64,000 nucleotides of DNA, from positions 11,379 through 75,378 of the forward strand of contig JPGV01000029.1 of NCBI GenBank assembly GCA_000724175.1. Reading direction: 5' to 3'. Positions 46,683-56,002 of the stretch are shown piece after piece. The notes below the pieces were generated by a model. The model saw nothing but the letters and a program-made list of their open reading frames with translations. It searched no databases and was not told the DNA's origin. Numbering within the stretch: position 1 is the first letter of the stretch; the number at the start of each line of letters is the position of its first letter. Source of the DNA: [Candidatus Thermochlorobacteriaceae] bacterium GBChlB. GTDB lineage: Bacteria; Bacteroidota; Chlorobiia; Chlorobiales; Thermochlorobacteraceae. The position numbers and the translations under genes are program-made.

Positions 46683-48515
46683 TCATTTTTCAAATGCGCC
46701 CGCTAACACTGCTGCTTCGCCGTTGACGCTTGATTTTACAGGCGATTTTGCCCAATGTTCTTTTAGGAAAAACGCCGCGCGCTTTGGTTCTCGCGTTCTT
46801 GTAAAAACGCCTTTCAGGTTCATCACCACACGCCGATGATGCTGCGGCGTTCTAAAATCGGCGAAGTTCCACACATGCTCGCCAATCGTGTAAGGCTTTG
46901 AGGCAATTACCGCGCAATACGTCTCCAAAAATTTTACCTGATATTCTTCTGTGAAAAGTTGGTCGGTGGTCGAGTGCAATCCCGCCACGGTGTCTGCGCC
47001 GAACTCGGAGACGAGAATCGGCTTTTGATATTTTTCGTAAATCGCATCAAGCTCTTCGGAGAGTCGCTTGCCCGCCACGTCCATTTGTCCGGGATTTTCA
47101 TACCAGCCGTAATAGCGATTGATAGAAATAAAGTCGCAGTAGTTGAACGCTGGGTCATTGATGGTAGCGCGCTGCAAATTTGGAATTGTGATGGGTCTTG
47201 TCTCATCGAGCGCGCGGGCGTGTTGCGCAAGCTCTTTCCAATAGGCGTCACCTCTGCCGTCGTGGTATTCCAGCTCGGCTAAGTAGTTTGGTTCGTTGCT
47301 CAGCGACCACGCAATCACACAGGGGTGGTTTTTGTCGCGAGCAATCAGTTCGCGCAAATATGCTTTGTGATTTTCCAGCGACTTCGGCGAAGTGTATCTG
47401 AAATCGCGGCTGATGTCGGCAACTTCATCAATAATTAAAATTCCCTTGCGGTCGGCATAGTCCAAGACTTCTTCGGCATACGGATAGTGCGACGTGCGAA
47501 ATGAATTGGCGTTTATCCACCTAAGCAATCCAAAATCTTTCACGAGCAGCGGAAGCGATAAGGCTTTACCCAACACGGGAAAATCTTCGTGCTTGCCGAA
47601 GCCTTTCAGAAACACGGGCTTGCCATTGAGCAACAGTTTTGCGCCCTCGACTTTTACTTCACGAATACCGACGTTCAGTTGGTACTCGTCGATGAGTTCG
47701 CCGTCGCGTCGGAGCTGAATCGTCAGCAGGTATAACTGCGGATGCTCGCATGACCAGAACTGACAAGGGTTTACGGCGATTGACGCCTCCGCGACACCGT
47801 TTTCTACATTTGCCTCCTGCGTCCAGTTCTGTGCGTCGCTTTCCAACCTGAACCCGACGGTTGCGCCGTCCAAACAGGTCAACTGAATTTTCGCGCGGAC
47901 AAGTCCGTCGCTTGCACTTACTATGTTCGTTTGGACGTCAATATCGTCAATGTACTCTTTTGGTGTCGCGTAAAGCTCGACCGAGCGGTGAATGCCGCCG
48001 TAAGGGAAAAAATCGAATCGAGCAGGTGGAAATGTTTCATCGCGTACCCGATTCTCAGCAATGTAGTTTTCTGCCGTTACGCCTTGCGGCACTGTGTCAT
48101 CCGTCAGTTCATTTGATACGCGCACGACGACCAGCGCTGATTTCCCCACAGCGACGTGGTCTGTAACCTCAAATTCAAACGGAAGAAATCCGAACTCGTG
48201 CGAGCCGAGAAATTTGCCGTTTATCCAAACGCGCGCGGAGAAATCCGCCGAGCCAATTCGCAACACGATGCGCTTTCCCTCAAACGCCGTTGGCACGAAT
48301 ACGCGCGTTTGATACCATGCGACGCCGATGTAGTTCATCACGCCAATTTCCGCAAGTTGTTCATTCCAACTGCCCGGCACAGCCACGTCGGCGTCGGGCG
48401 CAAATCCTGCTGACCAGCCGTTTACATCTCCGACGTTCTCTCGGTCAATTTTGATATTCCACAGCCCGTCGCAACTCAGCCTTAGGCGCGATATGGTTTG
48501 TTGTGGCTTTAGCAT
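46683..48515 (-). CDS. uidA: beta-glucuronidase (GH2)
   Basis: Start moved to MLKPQQTISRLRLSCDGLWNIKIDREN (ATG at 48515), which parallels the E. coli UidA N-terminus MLRPVETPTREIKKLDGLWAFSLDREN. NSFRTSHYPYAEE, acid/base IAWSLSNEP, nucleophile LVSEFGADT. Confidence 0.9.
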   Translation of the reverse strand: MLKPQQTISRLRLSCDGLWNIKIDRENVGDVNGWSAGFAPDADVAVPGSWNEQLAEIGVMNYIGVAWYQTRVFVPTAFEGKRIVLRIGSADFSARVWINGKFLGSHEFGFLPFEFEVTDHVAVGKSALVVVRVSNELTDDTVPQGVTAENYIAENRVRDETFPPARFDFFPYGGIHRSVELYATPKEYIDDIDVQTNIVSASDGLVRAKIQLTCLDGATVGFRLESDAQNWTQEANVENGVAEASIAVNPCQFWSCEHPQLYLLTIQLRRDGELIDEYQLNVGIREVKVEGAKLLLNGKPVFLKGFGKHEDFPVLGKALSLPLLVKDFGLLRWINANSFRTSHYPYAEEVLDYADRKGILIIDEVADISRDFRYTSPKSLENHKAYLRELIARDKNHPCVIAWSLSNEPNYLAELEYHDGRGDAYWKELAQHARALDETRPITIPNLQRATINDPAFNYCDFISINRYYGWYENPGQMDVAGKRLSEELDAIYEKYQKPILVSEFGADTVAGLHSTTDQLFTEEYQVKFLETYCAVIASKPYTIGEHVWNFADFRTPQHHRRVVMNLKGVFTRTREPKRAAFFLKEHWAKSPVKSSVNGEAAVLAGAFEK

Positions 48516-48701
48516 GTTAAAATTGTATATTAGGTATACTAAGTTTTTTACAACTTCTTTGGCGGCATTTCTGCCTAAGAGCAATTTCTTTTAGGTCAAA
48601 CGAAGTCAAACTAACAGTTACGCCAAGTCAGGCTTCCTTCCTGTTGTCAAGGCTTTGCGGCATTGCCGTCGTTGGAACTTCAACGAGCAGCAGTTTTCCT
48701 G

Positions 48702-49868
48702 TTAGGTAGCTGCACGCTCAGCCGCTTTTTTTGTGCTCGCTTTCAGCCCCTTGATTTCTGAGGCGGCCTTTTTTACACGTCTTGCTTTTGCGCCGCACGA
48801 GTCGCGCACAACGAGCATTGAGTTCAAAATAGTTCGCGCAGCAGCAGGTTTGTTTTCGATACGCTTGATGATAGTTTGAAGCGCAATCCTCCCGATTTCC
48901 TCCGTCGGCTGATGCACGGTGGTCAGTGGTGATGTTGCATACTGTGCCTGCTCAATGTCGTCGTAACCGACGACCGCCACATCGTTTGGAACAGACAAAT
49001 TTGCGTCGTTCAGCGCGCGAATGAATCCGAGTGCCACAATGTCGCTATACACAAACACCGCATCAGGTCGTTTAGCGAGCTTTGCGAATTTTCGCCCAGC
49101 GTCGTATCCCGCCTCGTAGCGGTCTTTATCGCCGTCGATTTGCATCACGAATCGGTTAGATTGTTCAAAGTCGTCCATTGCTTGCTCATAGCCCGATTTC
49201 CGAACATCTGAGAGCAGGTTAGATACGCCGCCACCGATGTAGCCGATGTAGCTGTAGCCTAAGTCAATCAAATGTTTTGTCGCCATGTATGCGCCACGTT
49301 TGTGGTCGACGCCGACATACCAGATATCCTCATCATGGACATAAGAAACCATGATGTATGGAAAGCCCAAGTCATGGAGTTTGCGAATTTCTTTGGAGGC
49401 ACGATAGGTTCGGCTCATGGATGCAATAATGAGCGCATCAGCACCAATTTTTTGAAAGTGCGCGATTTGATTTTCCTCTTTATCCATTCTGCCAACAGAG
49501 CTGGCGAGCAGGAGGTTATAGCCTTTTTCATCGGCCGCTTTCGCTGCGCCGTGCGCAATGAGCGAGAAGAACGGGTTTTTCAAGTCGCGCAACACCAGCC
49601 CGACGGTTTTATGCTTACTTAGATCGACAACGGCGGATTTTCGGGCAACAAACGTGCCTTTGCCGACACGCCCGTAGAGATAGCCTTCGGCGATTAAATC
49701 CGATAATGCTTTTTTAACGGTGATGACGCTGACATTGTAACTTTTGGAGAGTTCGCTGTGAGAACCAACTTGGTCGCCGACGTTCAATTCCCCCCGCGCA
49801 ATTTTCGCTTTGAGGTCATCTGCAATCTGCTTGTAGAGCGGCGTCGGCTCTTGCATGTTGATTCCCAT
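48702..49868 (-). CDS. chimeric transcriptional regulator: GntR-type wHTH N-terminus plus LacI/GalR-type sugar-binding C-terminus (AraR-like)
   Basis: 388 aa. PLYKQIADDLKAKIARGELNVGDQVGSHSELSKSYNVSVITVKKALSDLIAEGYLYGRVGKGTFV is a GntR HTH. It is followed by a periplasmic-binding-protein fold (VGLVLRDLKNPFF...VGYDDIEQA). The real start may be MQEPTPLYK at 49856. Confidence 0.85.
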   Translation of the reverse strand: MGINMQEPTPLYKQIADDLKAKIARGELNVGDQVGSHSELSKSYNVSVITVKKALSDLIAEGYLYGRVGKGTFVARKSAVVDLSKHKTVGLVLRDLKNPFFSLIAHGAAKAADEKGYNLLLASSVGRMDKEENQIAHFQKIGADALIIASMSRTYRASKEIRKLHDLGFPYIMVSYVHDEDIWYVGVDHKRGAYMATKHLIDLGYSYIGYIGGGVSNLLSDVRKSGYEQAMDDFEQSNRFVMQIDGDKDRYEAGYDAGRKFAKLAKRPDAVFVYSDIVALGFIRALNDANLSVPNDVAVVGYDDIEQAQYATSPLTTVHQPTEEIGRIALQTIIKRIENKPAAARTILNSMLVVRDSCGAKARRVKKAASEIKGLKASTKKAAERAAT

Positions 49869-50066
49869 TTGTTGATAGAATTGGAAATGTTTTTGTTTTT
49901 TACATACTTGGTATATGAGGTTGATATTACATTTTTATTTTCAAATTGTCAACGTTTTTTTACGAGCCGCAGTTGTTGTATTGGCTTGAACTTTACGGCG
50001 TTATATTTACGACATACTTGGTATTGCGTTGTTATCGCTCATTTTCATTACTCTTTGACCGCGCGC

Positions 50067-51239
50067 ATGCCCGCAGAACTCTGTCCGATTCACCGATGTC
50101 CCTTGGAACTGTCCTATCGTGGCACGAAGCGCATTTCTGATTTGCCGACCGTCTCGCTCGAGGGGTTGCCGATGCTCTACTGCCCACAGTGTCTTGCCGA
50201 AGGCAAAGATTCTGCCCGCGAACTCGACGCGACAACGCTCAACACCTTCATCGCCGCGCTTCGAAAACTGCTCGATAAATCGACCTTTACAGAACACCTG
50301 CATAAGCCGACCATTGCGCTGAATTTCAATCCACATAAATCGCTGCTCGAAAAAGACGGTCTTGCTCAACGCCACGCCAGCGCGGCGCATTCAAGTGGTG
50401 CGCACGACGACATAAAAACCCGTTTGGAAAATTTCACTCCGCAACGACCACTTTACTCGCTCGACCGGCTCATCCTTGACGAGGCGACCCATACTGCTAT
50501 CCGAGAAGCCTTAAACCTCGTCGAGCAACAGCAGCTTATCTACGACACATGGAATTTGAAATCGATTGACCGCACTGGACGCAAAGTGGCGTTGAATTTT
50601 TATGGACTTCCGGGCACTGGGAAAACGCTTGCTGCCGATGCCGTTGCAAATTTTTTAGGGCGCGAGATTTTACTCGTCAGCTACGCGGAACTCGAGTCAA
50701 AATACGTGGGAGAGACGCCAAAGAACATCAGAGCTGCATTTGCCAAAGCCCGAGAGGCGAATGCAGTGCTGTTTTTTGACGAAGCCGACTCAATCCTTGG
50801 CAAGCGCCTGACCAGCGTAACGCAGTCCGCCGACCATAGCGTAAACTTGACACGAAGCACGACGCTCATCGAGCTGGATAAATTCACCGGGCTGGTGATT
50901 TTCGCATCGAATCTCGTTGGAAATTACGACGCGGCGTTTTTGCGGCGCATGATTGCGCACATTGAGTTTCACTTGCCGAAAGCTGCCGAGCGCGCAAAAA
51001 TTTGGAAGGCACATTTGCCGCCGCAACTTCCCGTTGAAGCACATTTGAATATCGACCAACTCGCGGAGCTTTCAGAGGGGGCGTCAGGCGGCGACATCAA
51101 GAATGCCGTGCTGCTGGCAGCGTCCTACGCCTCAATGCGCCAGAAGGCGGAGCAGGTCGTTCGATTTGATGATTTCAGCAAAGCCATTGAGTTTGTTCTG
51201 CGCGGCAAGTCCAAAGTTGCAGCGATGACAAAAACGTAG
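50067..51239 (+). CDS. AAA+ ATPase (classic AAA clade) with N-terminal 4-Cys zinc ribbon
   Basis: Start moved to MPAELCPIHRCPL (ATG at 50067). The track ORF's upstream 103 codons are antisense to the regulator and promoter region. C6/C11/C39/C42 ribbon, Walker A GLPGTGKT, Walker B LFFDEAD, sensor-1 region FASN, SGGDIKN. Confidence 0.85.
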   Translation: MPAELCPIHRCPLELSYRGTKRISDLPTVSLEGLPMLYCPQCLAEGKDSARELDATTLNTFIAALRKLLDKSTFTEHLHKPTIALNFNPHKSLLEKDGLAQRHASAAHSSGAHDDIKTRLENFTPQRPLYSLDRLILDEATHTAIREALNLVEQQQLIYDTWNLKSIDRTGRKVALNFYGLPGTGKTLAADAVANFLGREILLVSYAELESKYVGETPKNIRAAFAKAREANAVLFFDEADSILGKRLTSVTQSADHSVNLTRSTTLIELDKFTGLVIFASNLVGNYDAAFLRRMIAHIEFHLPKAAERAKIWKAHLPPQLPVEAHLNIDQLAELSEGASGGDIKNAVLLAASYASMRQKAEQVVRFDDFSKAIEFVLRGKSKVAAMTKT

Positions 51240-51244
51240 CGGAT

Positions 51245-52222
51245 TTATTTTTCCGTTGACATAGCTTTGGCAAATAAAGTGATTGCCTGATTAACGTCCT
51301 CGCTTTTTTCCATTTGAATCATATGCCCGCAGTCGGGGAGCATGATGAGCTTGGCATTTTTCAAAGCAGCTTGTCCTTGCTGCATCACGTCGCGTGTGCG
51401 TCCGCCGTGCAAAAACGGATTTGGAATCAAGTTATCGTTTTCTCCTGCGATGATGAGCGCGGGCGTTGCAATCATGCTGAGCTTATCCCACACGTAGCCG
51501 TCGAGCATTGCGCCGACGGACTTCCAGACGGCGTAAGCGAATCGGTCGAATTCTTCCGACGGCACCAGCCGCGTGCGCTCTTCAATCATCCATTCCCACT
51601 TGTCGCTCCAATTGTAAAAATTGGCGGCAATGTTGGCGCGAATGCGGTCTTGCGGCGTTTTCTTGATGAAGTCAGGCGTAACCGCGTTGCGCAGCCAATT
51701 GCCTTCACCTTCTTTGAAGGCTTCAAAACCCGCTGGCGCAAGCAAGACCATTTTCTCGACCGCGTCAGGAAAGAGCAATGCGGCCATCAAGGTAATCTGT
51801 CCGCCCATGGAGTGTCCAACCCAAACGGCTTTTGTTATGCCAAGATGGTTCAACAGCGCACGCACCGTTTCAGCGTAGAACGACATTGAATACGGTGTCG
51901 AAAAGGCTTTGCCGGATTTGCCGTAGCCGGGCAAGTCGATGGCGATAACGCGAAAACCTTGGTGCTGCAGGTCGTTGATGTTGTATCGCCAAAATCCTGC
52001 GTTGCTGGCAAGCCCGTGAATAAGCACAAGCGGTTTTCCGTCCCCTTTGGAATCGTAGTAGCTCACTTGCGCGCCGTTCACCGTAGCGCTGTCGGTTGAG
52101 AACGGATACGGAATATCTTTGAATTGCATCGTCGGTTCGCTGTGATAGAGCTTTGCGCTGCCGCAACCGAGAAGCATTGTCAGAAGAAACGCGCAGACGC
52201 TGATTGAAAAAATTGATTTCAT
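51245..52222 (-). CDS. alpha/beta-hydrolase lipoprotein
   Basis: 325 aa. Lipobox LLTMLLGCGS. HG oxyanion LIHGLASN, nucleophile elbow GHSMGG and catalytic His context DCGHMIQME. Confidence 0.85.
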   Translation of the reverse strand: MKSIFSISVCAFLLTMLLGCGSAKLYHSEPTMQFKDIPYPFSTDSATVNGAQVSYYDSKGDGKPLVLIHGLASNAGFWRYNINDLQHQGFRVIAIDLPGYGKSGKAFSTPYSMSFYAETVRALLNHLGITKAVWVGHSMGGQITLMAALLFPDAVEKMVLLAPAGFEAFKEGEGNWLRNAVTPDFIKKTPQDRIRANIAANFYNWSDKWEWMIEERTRLVPSEEFDRFAYAVWKSVGAMLDGYVWDKLSMIATPALIIAGENDNLIPNPFLHGGRTRDVMQQGQAALKNAKLIMLPDCGHMIQMEKSEDVNQAITLFAKAMSTEK

Positions 52223-52238
52223 TGTTCATCTCCTTTGC

Positions 52239-53813
52239 TTAAAACATGAGCCAGCTTATTGTGCTGAATACCGCCCAAGGATTTTTCGGGCGCGTGCCTA
52301 AATCGGTGGGACGAGTAAGCGGGCTGTCGTAAAAATCACCATTTATCATATACGCTGCGCTGACGCCCAGATCGAGAAAGAGCGCAAGCGAGTATTTGAG
52401 TTCGGCGTTGAGTTCGGCGCCGATAAATTGTCCAGCCCCGCTCGGCGGTTGATTCGCTAAAGCCGCCGCCGCACCAAGTTTTATCAAGACTTTGTTCGGC
52501 ACGATGTTGTTGAAGTAATTAAAGAATACGGCCGTCGTGCCGAATCCCATGTTGGAAATATCATGCACGGCGGAGTAGTAGCGGTTGACCACTTGCACGT
52601 CGGGAAACAGCAAAAAGGCACGATGCGAACTAAAAATACCCACCGGCGACCCCCAAGTGTTCCCAGTAACGACACCCGTGTATTGACCATCGCTGACATT
52701 ATTTGCATCGCCCGATGTATAGAGCGCCTCGATGCTGACGCGGTCGTTATTGGTCTGTCCATATTTGTAGTTGAAAGACGCATGCGCTGTTACACCGAAA
52801 ATGCCCACGTTGCCTGCGTCTGCGCCCTGCGGCGTAAAGACATTCAGGTTTCCGACATTGAACATCGTCATGGCACTCGCCCAAACCCTTCCGCCGATGA
52901 ACTCGCGGTTGTATGACACATTCGCACCTGCCCAGATGACATCACCTTTGTATCGATTTTGTCCCAATTGAAATCGCGCGCCGCCGTTGTAGTCGACAAG
53001 GAGCGAGTTAAATCCTTGACCAAGAATTGAGACGCCGCCTTCGCCCTGTCCTCTGTCGTAAAGATACCATGCGCTTCCGCCCAACTCCCACAGCCCGCCG
53101 ATGCGCGTTTCTGCATCTGCCATTAGCAGCACGACATCGTCATCGATTTGAATAAAATTTTCGTAGAGTTGATAGTAGCCCAGCCGTCCGGTGGTTACGG
53201 GCGAGAGATTAAAATAACTGCTGATGCCAACGCCCTGCGTTCCCCAAAACATCAAGCGGTTCGCGCTTGTCTGGTTGGTTTGCAGCGTATTGACATTTGG
53301 GTCTCGTGGATTATCGAAAATGCGCTGCACGCCAATTACCACGTTCCAACTTTGATTGAATCTTAGTTCGAGATTTGCCATGAGGGTTTGAATGTTGACC
53401 GTGCCTGCGTTGATGGCGCCGCCCACGTTGTTACCGACGCCGTAGTTCACATCGCCCCATGTTACATCAACTTTGAACAGCCCCCGGAAAATGGCGATGC
53501 CGTCCAAGAGAGATGGACGGTAGACAAAGAGCGGTACGAAACGCCCTTCGCCGTAGAAGGCGGTTTGTGGCACGGTTGTGGTGCTGTTTGGTCCGAAGAG
53601 CCTTCCGATAATTTGCCCACGCAGAAATTCATTTTCGGGTGCGATGTTACTTGCCGTCAAGCGCGTGAAGAAAAATCCAATGAACTGTAATTCCTGCGGC
53701 GGCTTTTCAGGTGTGCCGAGTCGACGGTCATCATCGACAGGATAGTTCGGCAATTGCGCCCATATAGGCGACGCCGCAGAGAGAAGAATCGTGAAGAGTA
53801 AAATTTGTTTCAT
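52239..53813 (-). CDS. outer-membrane beta-barrel protein (porin/export-channel-like), family not identified
   Basis: Start moved to MKQILLFTILLSAASPIWAQ. Rich in alternating aromatic/Gly/Asn beta-strand patterns and ends ..ISWLMF (C-terminal Phe). It may belong to the alginate-export-like family, but I cannot verify that. Confidence 0.6.
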   Translation of the reverse strand: MKQILLFTILLSAASPIWAQLPNYPVDDDRRLGTPEKPPQELQFIGFFFTRLTASNIAPENEFLRGQIIGRLFGPNSTTTVPQTAFYGEGRFVPLFVYRPSLLDGIAIFRGLFKVDVTWGDVNYGVGNNVGGAINAGTVNIQTLMANLELRFNQSWNVVIGVQRIFDNPRDPNVNTLQTNQTSANRLMFWGTQGVGISSYFNLSPVTTGRLGYYQLYENFIQIDDDVVLLMADAETRIGGLWELGGSAWYLYDRGQGEGGVSILGQGFNSLLVDYNGGARFQLGQNRYKGDVIWAGANVSYNREFIGGRVWASAMTMFNVGNLNVFTPQGADAGNVGIFGVTAHASFNYKYGQTNNDRVSIEALYTSGDANNVSDGQYTGVVTGNTWGSPVGIFSSHRAFLLFPDVQVVNRYYSAVHDISNMGFGTTAVFFNYFNNIVPNKVLIKLGAAAALANQPPSGAGQFIGAELNAELKYSLALFLDLGVSAAYMINGDFYDSPLTRPTDLGTRPKNPWAVFSTISWLMF

Positions 53814-53922
53814 AGTTGCCCCCAAGTTTCGCATCTAATGCAGAGAGAAGCTCAGGCACAGCGAAGCGCCGCATCTACTTGGCGCTCCGCCGCTTTCGCC
53901 TAAGCCGGAACTGATAGCGAGA

Positions 53923-54435
53923 TTATTGCTTCACATAGCGCTGCACGTTGGTTTGACCTAAGAGTCCGCCTGCTGAACTGCCGAACCCTGCGGTTGCGGT
54001 CGGCGGCGTTACGCCAGCGATTGGCGGCTGCGTTTGAACGACTTCATAACGCAGTTGCGTTCCGCTTACTTCGTAGATGCCTGTTGCGGTCAGTGCGGTG
54101 GGCGTGCTTTGATTGGCAATGATGTTGCGAATGTTCGCGTTTGCGCCAGTTCCAGTGCCTGCCGAGGTTGTGTAGGTACCACGTAGCGTCGTCTCTACGC
54201 CCGCCAAGTCGCGTTGCACAACGGTATAAGAGCCGTCGCGGTTGAATGTGGCTTGAATACGACGCACTCTAAATGGCGGGTCGAAGAGAAGCGGCGCCAC
54301 GTTCGCGCCTTCCGACAGCCATGACCCGACGATTGAGTCTTGATTGCTGGTGTCGTCGCTCGATGTTGATGTGCCGCGACAGGCGGAGAGCGTCGCTGTG
54401 GCAACCAGCACCAAAAGAATCACATTGCGTTTCAT
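53923..54435 (-). CDS. small lipoprotein, lipocalin-like
   Basis: 170 aa. Lipobox LVATATLSACRG. The IVGSWLSEG start and Thr/Gly-rich beta pattern are typical of lipocalin-like lipoprotein domains. Confidence 0.45.
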   Translation of the reverse strand: MKRNVILLVLVATATLSACRGTSTSSDDTSNQDSIVGSWLSEGANVAPLLFDPPFRVRRIQATFNRDGSYTVVQRDLAGVETTLRGTYTTSAGTGTGANANIRNIIANQSTPTALTATGIYEVSGTQLRYEVVQTQPPIAGVTPPTATAGFGSSAGGLLGQTNVQRYVKQ

Positions 54436-54497
54436 AATTCACCTCTGTGGTTTAATTGTTTGTTGGAAATACAGCATCATGCTGCGCTAAAAAATCG

Positions 54498-55997
54498 TCA
54501 GGTGTTCAGCAAAGATTTTCGGTCAATTTTTCCGGCGTCGTTTTTCGGCAGTTCGTTCAAAAAGACAAGCGACTTCGGCACTTTATATTTCGCCAAATTC
54601 GTTTTGCAAAACTCTATCAGTTCCGTTTCATTAACGACTGCATTTGGTTTCAAGACGATAAATGCTTTGCCTGCTTCGCCCCATTTTTCATCAGGCACGC
54701 CCAAGACCGCGACTTCCGAAACGCACGGATGCGATTGCAACAGCCGCTCGACTTCGGCGGGATAGACATTTTCACCGCCAGAGATATACATGTTCTTTTT
54801 GCGGTCGACGATATAGAAGTATCCGTCCTCATCTTCCCGCGCTAAGTCGCCTGAATACAGCCAGCCATCTTTAATTGCTTTTGCAGTTTCAGTCGGATTG
54901 TTCCAATAGCCGGGGGTTACCACATCGCCGCCGAAGATGAGTTCTCCCACATTGCCGCTTGGCACATCGTTACCGCTCTCATCGACTAGACGCACATTGA
55001 CGTAAAAATTCGGAACACCGATGGAGCCAATTTTCCGCACTGCGTCGTCTTGATGGAGCGAAAAGAGATTTGGTCCGGCTTCCGTCATTCCAAAGCCTTG
55101 CCGAATCGGAATGCCGCGTTTTTGCCACGCGTCAATGACGGACAATGGAAGCGCCTCGCCGCCGACAATGAAAAAGCGCATCGCGCTTAAATTGACCGTT
55201 TGGAATAGCGGTGAGGCGAACAGCAGTTTGAGAATCGTCGGCACAGCCATAAACATCGTGGCTTTTTCATCGGCAAGCGCGTTTAAAGCCGAATTGGCGT
55301 CAAATTTTTTCATCAAACACGTGTAGGCGCCTCGATGCAGAAACGGTGTGGATAGGACATTCAACCCGCCCGTATGGAAAAGCGGCATACAGCATACGGT
55401 TTTGTCGTCGGATGTCAGGTCGAGCCGTATGGTAGTATTGATGCTGTTCCAGAAGAGCATTTTGTGGGTGTAAAGCACGCCCTTGGGCAGACCTGTTGTG
55501 CCGCTCGTGTAGAGAATCAAGACCGGGTCGTTTTCCTTCGGTGATTCTTTCGCGGTAAAACTCTCCGTCGCATCTCGATGCGGATAACAAAACGACTCAA
55601 GCGCGTTGAGCGTCCATTGATGCGAAATCGTTTTTACTGCGTCGCATTGCTCAATGACGGCTTGATATTTTTCCTCCGTGATTAACAGTTTCGGCGAGCA
55701 ATCGTTTAAGACCCCATTGACTTCGCGAGCCGCCAGACGAAAATTGAGCGGGACAAACATCAATCCAGTTTTTTGAGCCGCGAAGAAAAGCAAAAAATGC
55801 TCAAGCGCATTTTCGGCAAAGAGCGCCAATCGCTCGCCACGCTTTAATCCATAGTCATTGATGAAGAGCCGTGCCAATCGGTTTGATATAGAATCGAGCT
55901 GTCGATACGTCAGCGTGCGTCCTGTTTCATATTCCTTCAGCGCGATTTTGTCGGGCGAATACACGCAGAGTTTTTCAAGCCAATTCAGTTGTATCAT
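54498..55997 (-). CDS. AMP-dependent acyl-CoA (fatty-acid) ligase
   Basis: 499 aa. LILYTSGTTGLPKGVLYTH (A3 motif), GFGMTE, SGDLAREDEDGYFYIVDRKK, GENVYPAEVE, KNDAGKIDR. Confidence 0.9.
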   Translation of the reverse strand: MIQLNWLEKLCVYSPDKIALKEYETGRTLTYRQLDSISNRLARLFINDYGLKRGERLALFAENALEHFLLFFAAQKTGLMFVPLNFRLAAREVNGVLNDCSPKLLITEEKYQAVIEQCDAVKTISHQWTLNALESFCYPHRDATESFTAKESPKENDPVLILYTSGTTGLPKGVLYTHKMLFWNSINTTIRLDLTSDDKTVCCMPLFHTGGLNVLSTPFLHRGAYTCLMKKFDANSALNALADEKATMFMAVPTILKLLFASPLFQTVNLSAMRFFIVGGEALPLSVIDAWQKRGIPIRQGFGMTEAGPNLFSLHQDDAVRKIGSIGVPNFYVNVRLVDESGNDVPSGNVGELIFGGDVVTPGYWNNPTETAKAIKDGWLYSGDLAREDEDGYFYIVDRKKNMYISGGENVYPAEVERLLQSHPCVSEVAVLGVPDEKWGEAGKAFIVLKPNAVVNETELIEFCKTNLAKYKVPKSLVFLNELPKNDAGKIDRKSLLNT

Positions 55998-56002
55998 CGT
56001 CG

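Noticed and set aside
21146-49868. tRNA-flanked genomic island (the 28-kb sugar-acid locus starts right after a tRNA)
   Set aside because: No integrase, recombinase or transposase ORF is present. I found no direct repeat of the tRNA 3' end near 49.9-50.1 kb. The genes look like core catabolism with composition similar to the flanks.
49758-50066. N-terminal 103 codons of the track ORF 49758-51239
   Set aside because: This part is antisense to the 5' end of the regulator gene and runs through the AT-rich divergent promoter region. Its translation (..FLFFTYLVYEVDITFLFSNCQRFF..) has no protein-like features. The zinc-ribbon sequence begins at the internal ATG at 50067.
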